Assembly (NCBI RefSeq): GCF_000011325.1
Contig: NC_003450.3
Location: 2,310,001-2,342,000 of the forward strand
Direction: 5' to 3'
DNA: 32,000 nt
Origin: Corynebacterium glutamicum ATCC 13032
GTDB taxonomy: Bacteria > Actinomycetota > Actinomycetes > Mycobacteriales > Mycobacteriaceae
Positions 8,802 through 18,516 of the stretch are shown here, piece by piece. Position 1 is the first letter of the stretch. Every line of letters starts with the position of its first letter. A program made the translations under genes and the position numbers. A model generated the notes under the pieces. It saw nothing but the letters and a program-made list of their open reading frames with translations, was not told the DNA's origin and ran no database searches.

Positions 8802-9851
8802 TTAGTAGCGACGCGCACCATAAAACGGTGCTGAATCAACAGATACCACCTGCACAGGGATTCCGTAGTCTGAGGCGTGCACAATCTTTCCGTCCCCAAT
8901 ATACAGTCCCACGTGAGTAGCACCTGGGTAATATCCAATGACATCGCCAGGCTGCAGCTCATCTCTGCTCACCGGCGTTCCGCCAGCCATCTGAGCTTGA
9001 GACGTACGTGGCAAAGTCTTACCCATCTGCTGATACGCCCAATAGATCAAACCTGAGCAATCAAACTCATTTGGGCCAATGCCACCCCAACCATAAGGGC
9101 TTCCCAACTTAGACAAGGCAGCATCCACCGCACCCGAAGTCGCAGCGGAAAGACCAAGCAAATCAGTCAGATCAATGTCCAATGGACCATTCTTAGCAAC
9201 CCACATTTCCCGCTCCTGTGGCGTCAGGGCATCCACCCGGTCTCGGATCTCCGATTTTCGACCATCCAATGCTTCCTTTTCAGATTCAAGCTCCGCCTGG
9301 CGTACCTTCAGCTGCCCCAACTGGAACTCCGCTTCCGCCTTAGTACGGTTTGCTTGATACACAGCTTCTGCGGACTTCTCAGTCTCCGCGTTGAGGGATT
9401 CAACCACATCACTAGTGGACTTAGTCAACGTTGAAAGGTAGCTCATCCGATCAATCACGTTTTGTGGATCTTCTGCAGACACCGCAATGCTCAAAGGATC
9501 CGTGACTGTGCCACGATACTTCGCCTGAGCGATCCGATTGATCTCCGAACGATAAGCTTCGACATTCTCCGATGCTTGATCAGCCGCCTCACGGTAGCTT
9601 ACCGACTGCTCCTGAACTTCCTTGATCGTGACCTCACGAGCCTCAATATCAATCTCAAGCTGTTTGACTTCCTCATTCTGGGCAGACGTTTCCTGAGAGA
9701 CATGCTCGATATCAGCAATCAGTTGATCGACTTCCTCCGCACCGGAATGCGAAGGCACCAGAATCAGCGTGCTTGCGATAACACATGACGCCACAACGCT
9801 CACCCAACGGCGACCAAACATCTTCAAAAATCCCCTATCAACCTCATTCAA
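8802..9851 (-). CDS. ripC: Secreted coiled-coil NlpC/P60 peptidoglycan endopeptidase (RipC-like)
   Basis: 349 aa. It has a signal or anchor segment, then a long Glu/Gln/Ala-rich coiled-coil region. The C-terminal NlpC/P60 domain carries the catalytic Cys in FDCSGLIYWAY and the His in GATHVGLYIG. It lies only 25 bp upstream of pimB'. The symbol is by synteny with Rv2190c and is not verified. Confidence 0.75.
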   Translation of the reverse strand: MNEVDRGFLKMFGRRWVSVVASCVIASTLILVPSHSGAEEVDQLIADIEHVSQETSAQNEEVKQLEIDIEAREVTIKEVQEQSVSYREAADQASENVEAYRSEINRIAQAKYRGTVTDPLSIAVSAEDPQNVIDRMSYLSTLTKSTSDVVESLNAETEKSAEAVYQANRTKAEAEFQLGQLKVRQAELESEKEALDGRKSEIRDRVDALTPQEREMWVAKNGPLDIDLTDLLGLSAATSGAVDAALSKLGSPYGWGGIGPNEFDCSGLIYWAYQQMGKTLPRTSQAQMAGGTPVSRDELQPGDVIGYYPGATHVGLYIGDGKIVHASDYGIPVQVVSVDSAPFYGARRY

Positions 9852-9890
9852 GCAACTCCACTACTCTAACCCGATTACAAAAGCCTAGCC

Positions 9891-9942
9891 AAGGAAAAGA
9901 AGCAAGCCGCTCTCAACTTTTTCAAGGAGTGCGGCTTGCTTC
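9891..9942 (-). terminator. Candidate rho-independent terminator after nlpC
   Basis: 12-bp inverted repeat GAAGCAAGCCGC (9899-9910) / GCGGCTTGCTTC (9931-9942). On the minus strand it is followed by TTTTCCTT. The 20-nt loop is unusually large, so termination may be partial. Confidence 0.55.
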
Positions 9943-9965
9943 AAAAGCTTAAGACTTTATGCAGA

Positions 9966-10595
9966 TTAGAAACGAACTGCAGAGTGGAATGGCATGTAAT
10001 CCAAGGAGTGCTCAGACAGAGGGGTGCTGCTGTTCAGTGCGTGGATAACGGTGCCGTGGCCGGAGTAGATACCAACGTGGGTAGCGCCGGAGTAGAACGC
10101 AACGATGTCGCCAGCCTGAAGGTCAGAGTAAGCAACAGGGGTGCCCTGTGCAGCCTGAGCCTGGGAGGTACGTGGGATGGACTTGCCAACCTGGCTGTAT
10201 GCCCATGAGGTAAGGCCGGAGCAGTCGAAAGCGTTAGGACCGGTAGCACCCCAACCGTATGGGGAACCAATCTTGGTGCGCGCTGCATCAACGATTGCCT
10301 GACCGGTGCTTGCTGCAGGTGCAGCCTGTGCTGCAGGTGCATCAATGACGGCTGCGTAAGCAGTAGGAGCTGCCTGGCTGCTAAGGGAAGGGATCCACTG
10401 ATCGATTCCTGGAACGTTGTTAAGACCTGGAGTGGTCTCGATGCCAGCGATGTCAACGCTGATTCCGGTGCCAGGAACAACAACCTCAGCTGCCTGTGCT
10501 GGGGAGGCGATAGCTGCGGTTGCTCCAAGCGCAACTGCAGATGCTGCTACAGCCTTGCGAGTTGCGTTTGAATTGTTGCGACGGTGCTTACCCAC
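9966..10595 (-). CDS. nlpC: Secreted NlpC/P60 cell-wall peptidase
   Basis: 209 aa. The GTG start has GGAG upstream. There is a signal peptide (AVALGATAAIASPAQA). The NlpC/P60 domain carries FDCSGLTSWAY and GATHVGIYSG. Confidence 0.85.
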   Translation of the reverse strand: MGKHRRNNSNATRKAVAASAVALGATAAIASPAQAAEVVVPGTGISVDIAGIETTPGLNNVPGIDQWIPSLSSQAAPTAYAAVIDAPAAQAAPAASTGQAIVDAARTKIGSPYGWGATGPNAFDCSGLTSWAYSQVGKSIPRTSQAQAAQGTPVAYSDLQAGDIVAFYSGATHVGIYSGHGTVIHALNSSTPLSEHSLDYMPFHSAVRF

Positions 10596-10619
10596 TGATG
10601 AAACTCCAAATTCTTCCTG

Positions 10620-10790
10620 TTTGCTGACCGAGTTAGCTGTCGGGTTCGGAGCGGAAGGCCCCTATCCCCACTCCTTCTCTCTCTGCGAGAGAACCCTTGT
10701 GGGAAACTCACCCCAGGAACACGTTTGGTTCCCCGGCTCGCCGCACGATTTAAAGAATTTCTCTAAACTATGCTTGCGATTAAGCGTCTA
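10620..10790 (-). promoter_or_regulatory. ydaO/yuaA-type cyclic-di-AMP riboswitch in the nlpC 5' leader
   Basis: The minus-strand leader reads ...CGCUUAAUC...GAGCCGGGGAACCAA...GGGGUGA...CCGAACCCGACAGCUAACUCGGUCAGC..., then ACAGGAAGAAUUUGGAGUUUCAUCA-GUG. These blocks match the conserved ydaO segments I remember: GAGC-GGGGA-CCA, GGGGUGA, CCGAAyCCGACAGCUAAC. The conserved core is 10622-10750; the 5' boundary is approximate. Confidence 0.8.
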
Positions 10791-11390
10791 TTTGTTTCTG
10801 TAATGCTGGCGGAAATTCGGTGTCCGTCCCGCAATGTCTCAATAAGGTTACGAAACCGCAACAACACTTGTCTAGCCCAAGCGAAAAAATTGGTCGTTAT
10901 CGAACCGTTATCGCGGATTAATTTGACCGAGACGCAAGTCCTCCACTCAGACCCCAACTACTAAGGGTTCTCCCCTAGAACCCTGAGAAGGCTAGATGAC
11001 CTGCAATTTCAGGAAACTTCCAGTAGTCAAATCGTTTTCACAGAGCCGAAAAATCGGCACTAGTTTCAGCAATGATCTCACTATGTGACATTAATCACCA
11101 TTGGCGGCTTATGCTTTGAGATTTGGAGTTATGAAAACAATTTTTAAGCCACACCGAGCTGGATTTTGAGCGGAATTTGAGCGAAGTTGACACTGACCCC
11201 AGGCGACCTAGGGCGTAATGCTCACGACGAAGAACACTCCTTATATATATAAGGAGAAGAAAACTCTACGCTTTCCACGCGCCTGCACGTTGCTTCACAC
11301 CGCCACAAGCTACATATAAGGCAACTACAGGCTCTACGCCACTCCTCGTGTGTCAAAGAGCCCTCTCCCTTATCTTCAGCCTCGTCTGAA

Positions 11391-11449
11391 TAGAGAAAAA
11401 CTCCCCGATGCGGAGACCTTTCGATTCAGGTCCCTACAGCGGGGAGTTT
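11391..11449 (-). terminator. Rho-independent terminator of the ctaE-qcrCAB transcript
   Basis: Lies 20 nt after the qcrB stop. The stem is CTCCCCG/CGGGGAG (11401-11407 and 11440-11446) with an interrupted inner stem (GGGACC...GGTCTCC). On the minus strand it is followed by TTTTTCTCTA. Confidence 0.7.
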
Positions 11450-11469
11450 CAGAGATGAAGTCCTAGAAA

Positions 11470-13089
11470 CTAGTTCTTGCCCTCATTCTTGTCACGCTCA
11501 ATGTTTGCCTCGTTGAGTGCACGAAGAGTGTTCGCTTCCTCAATGTGGTTTGCGTGCTCAATTTCCTTAGCCTTCGCACGGATGTCTTCTGGATCAGGTC
11601 CGAAGAATCCACCGCGGGTTTCAACCTCAGCGTAACCAAGCTGGTTCATCTGCTTTGGAACCGCAGCGCCAGCGTATGGCAGTGGGATTGGGTGACCATG
11701 GTCATCAACTGGGCCAAGTGGCTGGTGAACTTCAATGAAGGCACCATTTGGCATCTGCTTGATGATACCGGTCTCGATGCCGTGCTCCAGGACCTCGCGG
11801 TCAGAGCGCTGCAAGCCGATGCACAGTCGGTAAGTGATGAAGTATGCAATAGCTGGTCCAACGATGAGGCCGATACGACCGATCCAGGTCATCGCGTTCA
11901 GTGAAACATGGAACTGCATTGCGTAAACATCGTTACCACCAGAAACGGTAAGCAGGATGTAGAAGACAAGCGCCATGACACCGAGTGAGGTGCGGACTGG
12001 AACATCGCGAGGACGCTGCAGCAAGTTGTGGTGTGCATCGTCGCCGGTGAACTTACGCTCAATGAATGGGTAAGTCACAAGCAGAACCACGAGGATACCC
12101 AGCATCACAGCAACCCAGAAGACTGCTGGAATAGTGTAGTTACCGAGGTAGAGCTCCCATGCCGGCATGACACGAGCAGCACCATCTGTCCACAGCATGT
12201 AAACGTCAGGCTGGGAACCAGCAGACACCTGTGAAGGGTTGTACGGTCCAAGATTCCAAATTGCGTTAATGGTGGTGACACCAGCAAGCAGTGCGAGGAA
12301 ACCGAAGACGATGAGGCCGAAAGCAACAGCCTTAACTGCGAACAGAGGCATGATTCGGATACCGATCACGTTGTTCTCAGTGCGGCCAGCGCCTGGGAAC
12401 TGGGTGTGCTTCTGGTACCAAACAAGTGCCAGGTGAGCTGCGATCAAGCCAAGCAGGATAGCTGGGATGATTAGAACGTGTGCGATGTAGAAGCGGTCCA
12501 GCATCAGATCGGATGGGAAGTCTCCACCGAAGATCAGCCAGTGCATCCAGGTACCTATGATCGGAAGACCAACGATGATGGCGGACATGATTCGAAGACC
12601 AACACCAGAGAGCAGGTCATCAGGCAGGGAGTAACCCATGAAGCCTTCAGCCATACCCAGGATGATCAGAACAACACCGATGATCCAGTTTGCTTCACGT
12701 GGGCGACGGAACGCACCGGTGAAGAAAATACGGAGCATGTGAACCAGCATGGATACAACGAACAGCAGGGCTGCCCAGTGGTGCATCTGGCGGATGAACA
12801 GACCACCGCGAACCTCGAAGGAAATATCCAACGCAGTTGCGTATGCACGGGACATCTCCACACCGTTCAGTGGGAGGTAGCCGCCGTCATAAATGACCTT
12901 GGTGATTGATGGGTCGAAGAACAGGGTCAGGTAGACACCAGTCAGCAGCAAGACGATGAAGCTGTAAAGCGCAATCTCGCCGAGCATGAAGGACCAGTGA
13001 GTTGGGAAGACCTTGTTGATCTGGCGACGGATACCCGACGCCATGGTGTAACGGGAATCAAGATTGTTTCCCACGGTAGCTAGACTCAT
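11470..13089 (-). CDS. qcrB: Cytochrome bc1 complex cytochrome b subunit
   Basis: 539 aa, polytopic, with the extended C-terminal tail typical of actinobacterial QcrB. Its ATG overlaps the qcrA stop (ATGA at 13086-13089). Confidence 0.95.
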
Positions 13090-14312
13090 GACTTACGCTC
13101 CCAGAATGCAGGGCCGAGTGGCTCAATGAAGTTACCAGCGGCGATGAGGTAGCCCTCTTCATCAACGGTAATTGGCAGCTGTGGCAGTGCACGGGCAGCA
13201 GGTCCAAAGACTGGCTTTCCGTAGTGCAATGCGTCAAACTGCGACTGGTGACATGGGCACAGAATACGATTGGTCTGAGCCTCGTACAGTGAGGTTGGGC
13301 AACCAATGTGTGTACAAATCTTGGAGTAAGCGTAGTAGTCACCGTAGTGGAAGGACTCCTGGCCTTCGCGTTCGATAACCTTTTCAGCGTCAGCGGTACG
13401 GAGACGGATCAACATAACTGCGTTGCGTGGGCCGTGCACCGAGTGCATTTGGTGCTCGTAGACGTCCTTCGCAGGATCGTATTCAGCACCGTCGTTCACC
13501 ATTTCAGCTGGAAGTGGGAAGACAGTTTCCATGGATGCTGCTGCCAGATCTTCTGGGCGCATACGAACCAGGCGGGAAACACCAGTGGTTGACCAGTGCT
13601 CACCGGTTGCATCGGTGTGGGACTCCGCAATTGCTGCAGTGTCGCGGCCGAGGTAAACCTTGACGTCGTTCTCAACGAGAGTCCAACCGGAAGTCCACAG
13701 GGTGCCGTCACCCTGAACGTCCATTGGGCCTTCCTTAGGATTCCAAGGGTTCTTGATCATACCGCCCATTGGAGCGATGATGGTCAGGCCGGCCAGTACT
13801 GCTCCGCCACCTGCAAGTCCCATGATCAGCTTGCGACGACCAAGAGTAGAGGTCTGCCAAGAGTCATTGAGAAGTGCAACGATGGTGCGGCGGTCAACTT
13901 CTTCAGAAGGACCGTCGTGGCGACGCTGTACTGCGATTTCCTCTGGAATGAACTTCTTGACATAAAGGACAACTGCAAATCCCAGGGACAGGATGCAAAG
14001 ACCGGAAGTAATACCCAGCATTGGGGTGTACAAGGTGTACGCCAGGAGACCTTCATCTCCGTGTGCCTTGTACTCCCAAGGCCAGAAAATGTAGGTAGCC
14101 AGGAACCCAAGTCCACCAATGATGCCGAGGACTAGCCAGAAAGTAACTGCACGTGCAGCGCGCTTCTCAGCTGGGTCATTAGCGATTGGGAAACGTTCCT
14201 TGCGGTATGCAATGGTAACGTCGTCCAGCTCTGTACCAAGTCGTGCAAGATCCTCATTGCTCATCGCGTTGAGTTCTTGGGTTGTGTACTGTTTGTCGTT
14301 GTTGTTACTCAT
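13086..14312 (-). CDS. qcrA: Cytochrome bc1 complex Rieske iron-sulfur subunit
   Basis: Carries the Rieske 2Fe-2S motifs CTHIGCP and CPCHQSQF. The start is set at ATG 14312 ([11 protein letters not shown]..., 408 aa). That ATG overlaps the qcrC stop in an ATGA junction, and the length matches my memory. The track ORF extends to 14369. Confidence 0.92.
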
Positions 14313-15160
14313 GAACGTGATCCAATCCACATAGCGGCGGCCACGAGGACCAAGATGCCGAATACCCACATGAACAGACCCTCAGCCACTGGGCCCAAGC
14401 TACCGAGTGAGTAACCACCTGGTGATGGGGTCTCCTTGGTGGACTTGATGAAGGCGATGATGTCCTTCTTCTCATCTGCGGAGAGCTGACGATCGGAGAA
14501 CTTAGGCATGTTCTGAGGACCGGTAAGCATAGCCTGGTAGATTTCCTGCTCGTTTGCAGCATCCAGGTTTGGTGCGTACTTACCAGAGGACAGTGCGCCA
14601 CCACGACCAGTGAAGTTGTGGCAGGATGCACAGTTCAGGCGGAACAGATCTCCGCCGCGAGCGACGTCGGCGGAGGTAATCTGTCCGTCGTAGTTTTCGC
14701 CACGGAGCTCCTCCATGGCGAGGGTGCCGTCCTCGTTGTAAACGAGTCCTGGGCCACCGCCATTAGCTGCAACATATGCAGCGATCGCAAGGGTCTGTGC
14801 CTCGGTGTAACGAGGAGCCTTGCGCTCAGCCTGAGCCTCGTTACGCAGTATTGGCATACGGCCGGAGTGAACTTGGAAGTACACTGCGCCTTCGCCAACA
14901 CCTACGAGGGAAGGACCGCGGTCCTCAACACCTTGGAGGTTTACGCCGTGGCAGGTGATGCAGGCGACATCGTAGAGGTCTTTACCCTCGGAGATAAGTG
15001 CCTGATCGTCACGCTGAGCGGTAGCAACTTGAGCATCTGGAGTGATCGCGGTTGCGAGGATTCCTGCTCCGCTCAGTCCAATGGTCAGAGCCAATGCACC
15101 TGCGACGGTGCGCCGGACCTTGCGGCGATTCTTGACCTTCTTAGCAGAGGGTTTAGCCAT
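14309..15160 (-). CDS. qcrC: Di-haem cytochrome c1 subunit of the bc1 complex
   Basis: Carries two CXXCH haem c motifs (CITCH, CASCH). The start is set at ATG 15160 ([10 protein letters not shown]..., 283 aa), with GAGGGA 6 nt upstream. The track ORF extends to 15250. Confidence 0.9.
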
Positions 15161-15270
15161 GCTATTTCCCTCTGGGGTCTGCGGGTTGGTTTCCATCATT
15201 TCCCTTTGAATCTCGACTGTGGAAGTGAAGGGCATAGGGAACCTCAACAACGTTGAGGATTCCTTACTGC

Positions 15271-15924
15271 CTACTGAATGAAGTAAATAGTGATGAAGAG
15301 GCCGATCCAGACCACGTCAACGAAGTGCCAGTAATAAGACACAACCATTGCTGCGGTTGCCTGTGCCGGAGTGAACTTCGACTTATGGATTCTCATAAGA
15401 ACCACAACGAAGGCCATAACACCCGCGATCACGTGCAGTGCGTGGAAACCGGTTGTAATAAAGAATGCCGATCCGTAGACACTGCTCTGGATTGTAAGTC
15501 CGTGACCTACGAGAGTGATGTACTCGTAGCCCTGTCCGATCACGAAGATTGATCCGAGGATAATCGTGACCAAGAACCACTTGCGGAGGCCGTAAACGTC
15601 ACCCCTTTCAGCCGCAAAAACTCCGAACTGGCAAGTCACTGAGGAAGACACCAGAATGACCGTAATCAACAGTGCGTAGGGCACGTTGAGGTGATCTGTC
15701 TGCTCTCCCCATGATCCATTTGCCAGTCCGTTCGCACGGGACACGAAGTACATCGCGAATAGCCCGGCGAAGAACATTAATTCCTGAGACAGGAACACAA
15801 TGGTGCCGACACTGACCATATTCGGACGGTTCAGTGCCGCAACACGTTGTGGTGCTGCCATACCTGTATTTCCAACTGCGCTCGTCACGCTATCTAGTAT
15901 GGCTGTTTGGTTGGCCAAAGTCAC
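15271..15924 (-). CDS. ctaE: Cytochrome aa3 oxidase subunit III
   Basis: Polytopic CoxIII-like sequence, first gene of the ctaE-qcrCAB cluster. The start is either GTG 15924 (G-rich SD-like GGGGGC upstream) or GTG 15888 (205 aa form, MTSAVGNTG...). Confidence 0.9.
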
Positions 15925-16156
15925 TTCAAGCCCCCCGTTTCAATTGAAAGTTTGAACTCGGCTTTTGATGCGAATTTTCCCCCAATTCGCAAACTTTTCA
16001 ATCGACCTTCCGGGAACTTTTCGTAGCCCTTTTACGACAGTTACATAATTGCAGGTTAAAGGGTTCACAGGCAGTTCCAATCTGCCCCAAATCACACTCG
16101 TCCCATTTTGAAGAACTCTCAGAGTGTGCCCAAAGTGGTTTCCGCAGGTTTTTGCC

Positions 16157-16172
16157 TGAGAGACACGTCACA
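16157..16172. promoter_or_regulatory. Candidate GlxR (CRP-type) operator upstream of ctaE
   Basis: TGAGA-GACACG-TCACA matches the remembered GlxR consensus TGTGA-N6-TCACA at 9 of 10 positions. It lies about 235 bp upstream of the ctaE start. This is a motif match only. Confidence 0.3.
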
Positions 16173-16404
16173 GAGTTTTTCACCCCATTGGAGCCCCACA
16201 TACAACTTTTGGTTGAACCCGAATAAAAGGCGTTTTTGCAGCTTAATGCGATTCATGTCCGCCCACTCCCCCACTTTTCCGCTTTCAGAAACTTTTCTCG
16301 ATTTTGCGGGAACTTTTTCAATTTTGCCGATTTTCGTATTTCACAGCGCCTCGGTCTGCCCTGTTGGATAGTTTCGTCACGGTGATCAAAGTTGGAAAAG
16401 CCTG

Positions 16405-16455
16405 TGAAAACGACAAAATGCTCAACCCTATCGGACAGCCAATAGGGTTGAGCAT
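16405..16455 (-). terminator. Rho-independent terminator of ctaCF
   Basis: Perfect 14-bp inverted repeat ATGCTCAACCCTAT (16418-16431) / ATAGGGTTGAGCAT (16442-16455) with a 10-nt loop. On the minus strand it is followed by TTTGTCGTTTT. It begins 15 nt after the ctaF stop. Confidence 0.8.
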
Positions 16456-16469
16456 ATGTGGTTTTAGTA

Positions 16470-16901
16470 CTAGTGCTTTTCTTTTGGCACGCCGTACTGA
16501 AGGTTGAGCTTGGTGATCGTGAAGATCAGGAGCATCAGACCAACTGCGATCATCCAGTAGTGGAAGTACACAACGCCGAATGCAAGGAATCCAACCGCAC
16601 CGGACATAGCTGCCGGCCAAATGGAGCTTGGGCTGAAGAACCCGAGGGTTCCTGCCTTGTCGGCAACCTCAGCCTCTTCCCAGTCCTCTGGAAGAACATC
16701 TACGCGGACTTCAGTGAAGTGAAGGTAGACACCGAGCATAAGCGTCAGACCTGCTGACAGGACCAGGGCCACAGAACCGACCCACTCAACACCTTTAACG
16801 CTGCCGCCATCACTAACGTGCATTGTTGCGAAGATGTAGATGACAGCCATTGCGGCCATGAATACGGTCGGGCCGTACATGAGTTTTGCTGAAGACTTCA
16901 T
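16470..16901 (-). CDS. ctaF: Cytochrome aa3 oxidase subunit IV
   Basis: 143 aa, four hydrophobic helices. It lies 17 bp downstream of ctaC, with AAGGAG upstream of the ATG. It matches my memory of CtaF. Confidence 0.88.
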   Translation of the reverse strand: MKSSAKLMYGPTVFMAAMAVIYIFATMHVSDGGSVKGVEWVGSVALVLSAGLTLMLGVYLHFTEVRVDVLPEDWEEAEVADKAGTLGFFSPSSIWPAAMSGAVGFLAFGVVYFHYWMIAVGLMLLIFTITKLNLQYGVPKEKH

Positions 16902-16918
16902 TTTTTCGCCACTCCTTC

Positions 16919-17998
16919 TTAAGCGTTGCTCTGAGTGTTTTCGCCGTCGCGGGTTGCGGTGCGATCGGAAACGAATGGGCTAGTGGAAGTAGCGTAAGGA
17001 GCTTGACCAATGTGCTCAAGTGCCTGAGCGTTGGTTGCGTCTGGGTTGGAGTCACGGAAGCTGATGTACTCAGCGAAGGAATCGCGATCGACGACACGAA
17101 GCTCGAAGTTCATCATTGCGTGGTAAGTACCGCACATTTCTGCACAGCGACCAACGAATGCGCCTTCCTCAGTGATCTCTTCAATCTGGAAGACACGCTG
17201 GGACTTGTTTGCCTCAGGGTGTGCGTAAGCATCTCGCTTGAAGAGGAACTCTGGAACCCAGAAGGAGTGTGCAACGTCAGCAGATGCGAGGTTGAACTCG
17301 ATTGGGGTGTTCACAGGAAGAACCATCACTGGGATTTCATCAGTGGTTCCGAGGGTTTCAATTCGGTTGAACTCAAGGTAAGAAACGTCAGACTTTGAGT
17401 TGCCGTGAATTGGGTTATCTCCAGAAGGATCCTTCTTGGAAGCCTCGGCAGCTGCCTGACGCTCCGGGTCGCTTCCTTGGTAATCCTGTCCACCAGGTGC
17501 CAGTGAGCCATCAATTTCGGAGTATCCGAACTTCCAGTTCCACTGGTAAGCGGTGACGTCCACGGTAACCTCTGGGTTCTTATCCAGAGCGGTGACCTTG
17601 TCCTGAGTTTGAACGGTGAAGAAGAACAGCACCATAACAATGATGATCGGAACGATCGTCAGAACGAGCTCAAGTGGAACGTTGTACTGGAGCTGCTTAG
17701 GGAATTCACCCTCGCCGCGCTTTTCAGCCCTCTTTGCGCCCCAGGCAAAGATGGCGGTGAGGAATAGACCCCACATGATGATGCCGATGATCCAGGCAGC
17801 AACCCAGACCCATGACCAGAAGTTACCCATGGCCACTGCTTCAGGGGTAATGCCATCAGGCCAACCCATACGTAGGAAATCTCCAAGCACACCGCCAGGA
17901 GGGGCGACTTCACAGCCTGCCATGGCGAGGCCACCTAAGCCCAAGACACCGCCAAGCAGGGCCTTGCGCTTTAAACCACGCTTATTTTGCTGTTCCAC
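16919..17998 (-). CDS. ctaC: Cytochrome aa3 oxidase subunit II (lipoprotein, CuA centre)
   Basis: Carries the CuA motif [12 protein letters not shown] and the lipobox LAMAGC. The start is set at GTG 17998 ([10 protein letters not shown]..., 359 aa). The track ORF extends to 18025. Confidence 0.9.
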   Translation of the reverse strand: MEQQNKRGLKRKALLGGVLGLGGLAMAGCEVAPPGGVLGDFLRMGWPDGITPEAVAMGNFWSWVWVAAWIIGIIMWGLFLTAIFAWGAKRAEKRGEGEFPKQLQYNVPLELVLTIVPIIIVMVLFFFTVQTQDKVTALDKNPEVTVDVTAYQWNWKFGYSEIDGSLAPGGQDYQGSDPERQAAAEASKKDPSGDNPIHGNSKSDVSYLEFNRIETLGTTDEIPVMVLPVNTPIEFNLASADVAHSFWVPEFLFKRDAYAHPEANKSQRVFQIEEITEEGAFVGRCAEMCGTYHAMMNFELRVVDRDSFAEYISFRDSNPDATNAQALEHIGQAPYATSTSPFVSDRTATRDGENTQSNA

Positions 17999-18205
17999 GT
18001 GTGTTCTGCCTTCCTGTCCACACAAAAACCAGAGACCTTACGGTCATTTCTATCTTCGCAGAATAGCCTATTTGCCAGCCGATTCCATATCTTGTGTTTG
18101 GTGGAAATATCTTCGTGGGTTTCGTTTTTAGGGGCGTCAAATGTCTTTCAACTGCAACGATATGCCCGAATCCTCAGGTGGAATACCTAAAGTCTAGGCA
18201 ATTGG

Positions 18206-18221
18206 TGTATGCCACGTCACA
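18206..18221. promoter_or_regulatory. Weak GlxR-like half-site motif upstream of ctaC
   Basis: TGTAT-GCCACG-TCACA matches TGTGA-N6-TCACA at 8 of 10 positions. It lies about 210 bp upstream of ctaC. It shares the 11-mer CACGTCACAGA with the ctaE upstream region. Confidence 0.25.
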
Positions 18222-18516
18222 GACCATCAACCTTTTGATTGCCCTTGAAATTCCCCCACCCTTACCCCCTACGTTCCTACAAGGTGCATGTATTAGGAAA
18301 TCAATCTGGTTTTCAGGAACCTTTGAGAATGCTGCAATAGTCAGCTGACGCACGTTGCTTGAGGGAGCTTTCGTCAATTTTGGCGTGCCCTTTTCACCTC
18401 AGATGTAACTTCGCCGTATCGTTGACACGAGATTTAACAAATGCAGCGTCTTATTTCTTCCAACAAAATTTCTTTGCGATTTAAGGCGCCTTTTATTTCA
18501 GGAGGATTTTTCAATC

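Noticed and set aside
10034-10534. 166-aa ORF in an alternative frame of nlpC on the same strand
   Set aside because: It is entirely nested in nlpC, its product is Pro/Leu/Arg/Ser-rich and low-complexity, and the nlpC frame carries the NlpC/P60 catalytic motifs.
10763-10964. Paired 64-aa ORFs on both strands upstream of the nlpC riboswitch
   Set aside because: They are short, mutually overlapping and lack an SD. The interval is where the nlpC promoter must lie. I could not assign -35/-10 hexamers confidently, so no promoter feature is reported either.
16108-16620. ORFs of 87 aa (16108-16371, +), 67 aa (16304-16507, +) and 100 aa (16318-16620, -) in or overlapping the ctaE/ctaF spacer
   Set aside because: They have no SD and odd composition (Cys/Phe/Ser-rich). 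They overlap the ctaF terminator hairpin or the ctaF coding region. They are more plausibly non-coding regulatory DNA.
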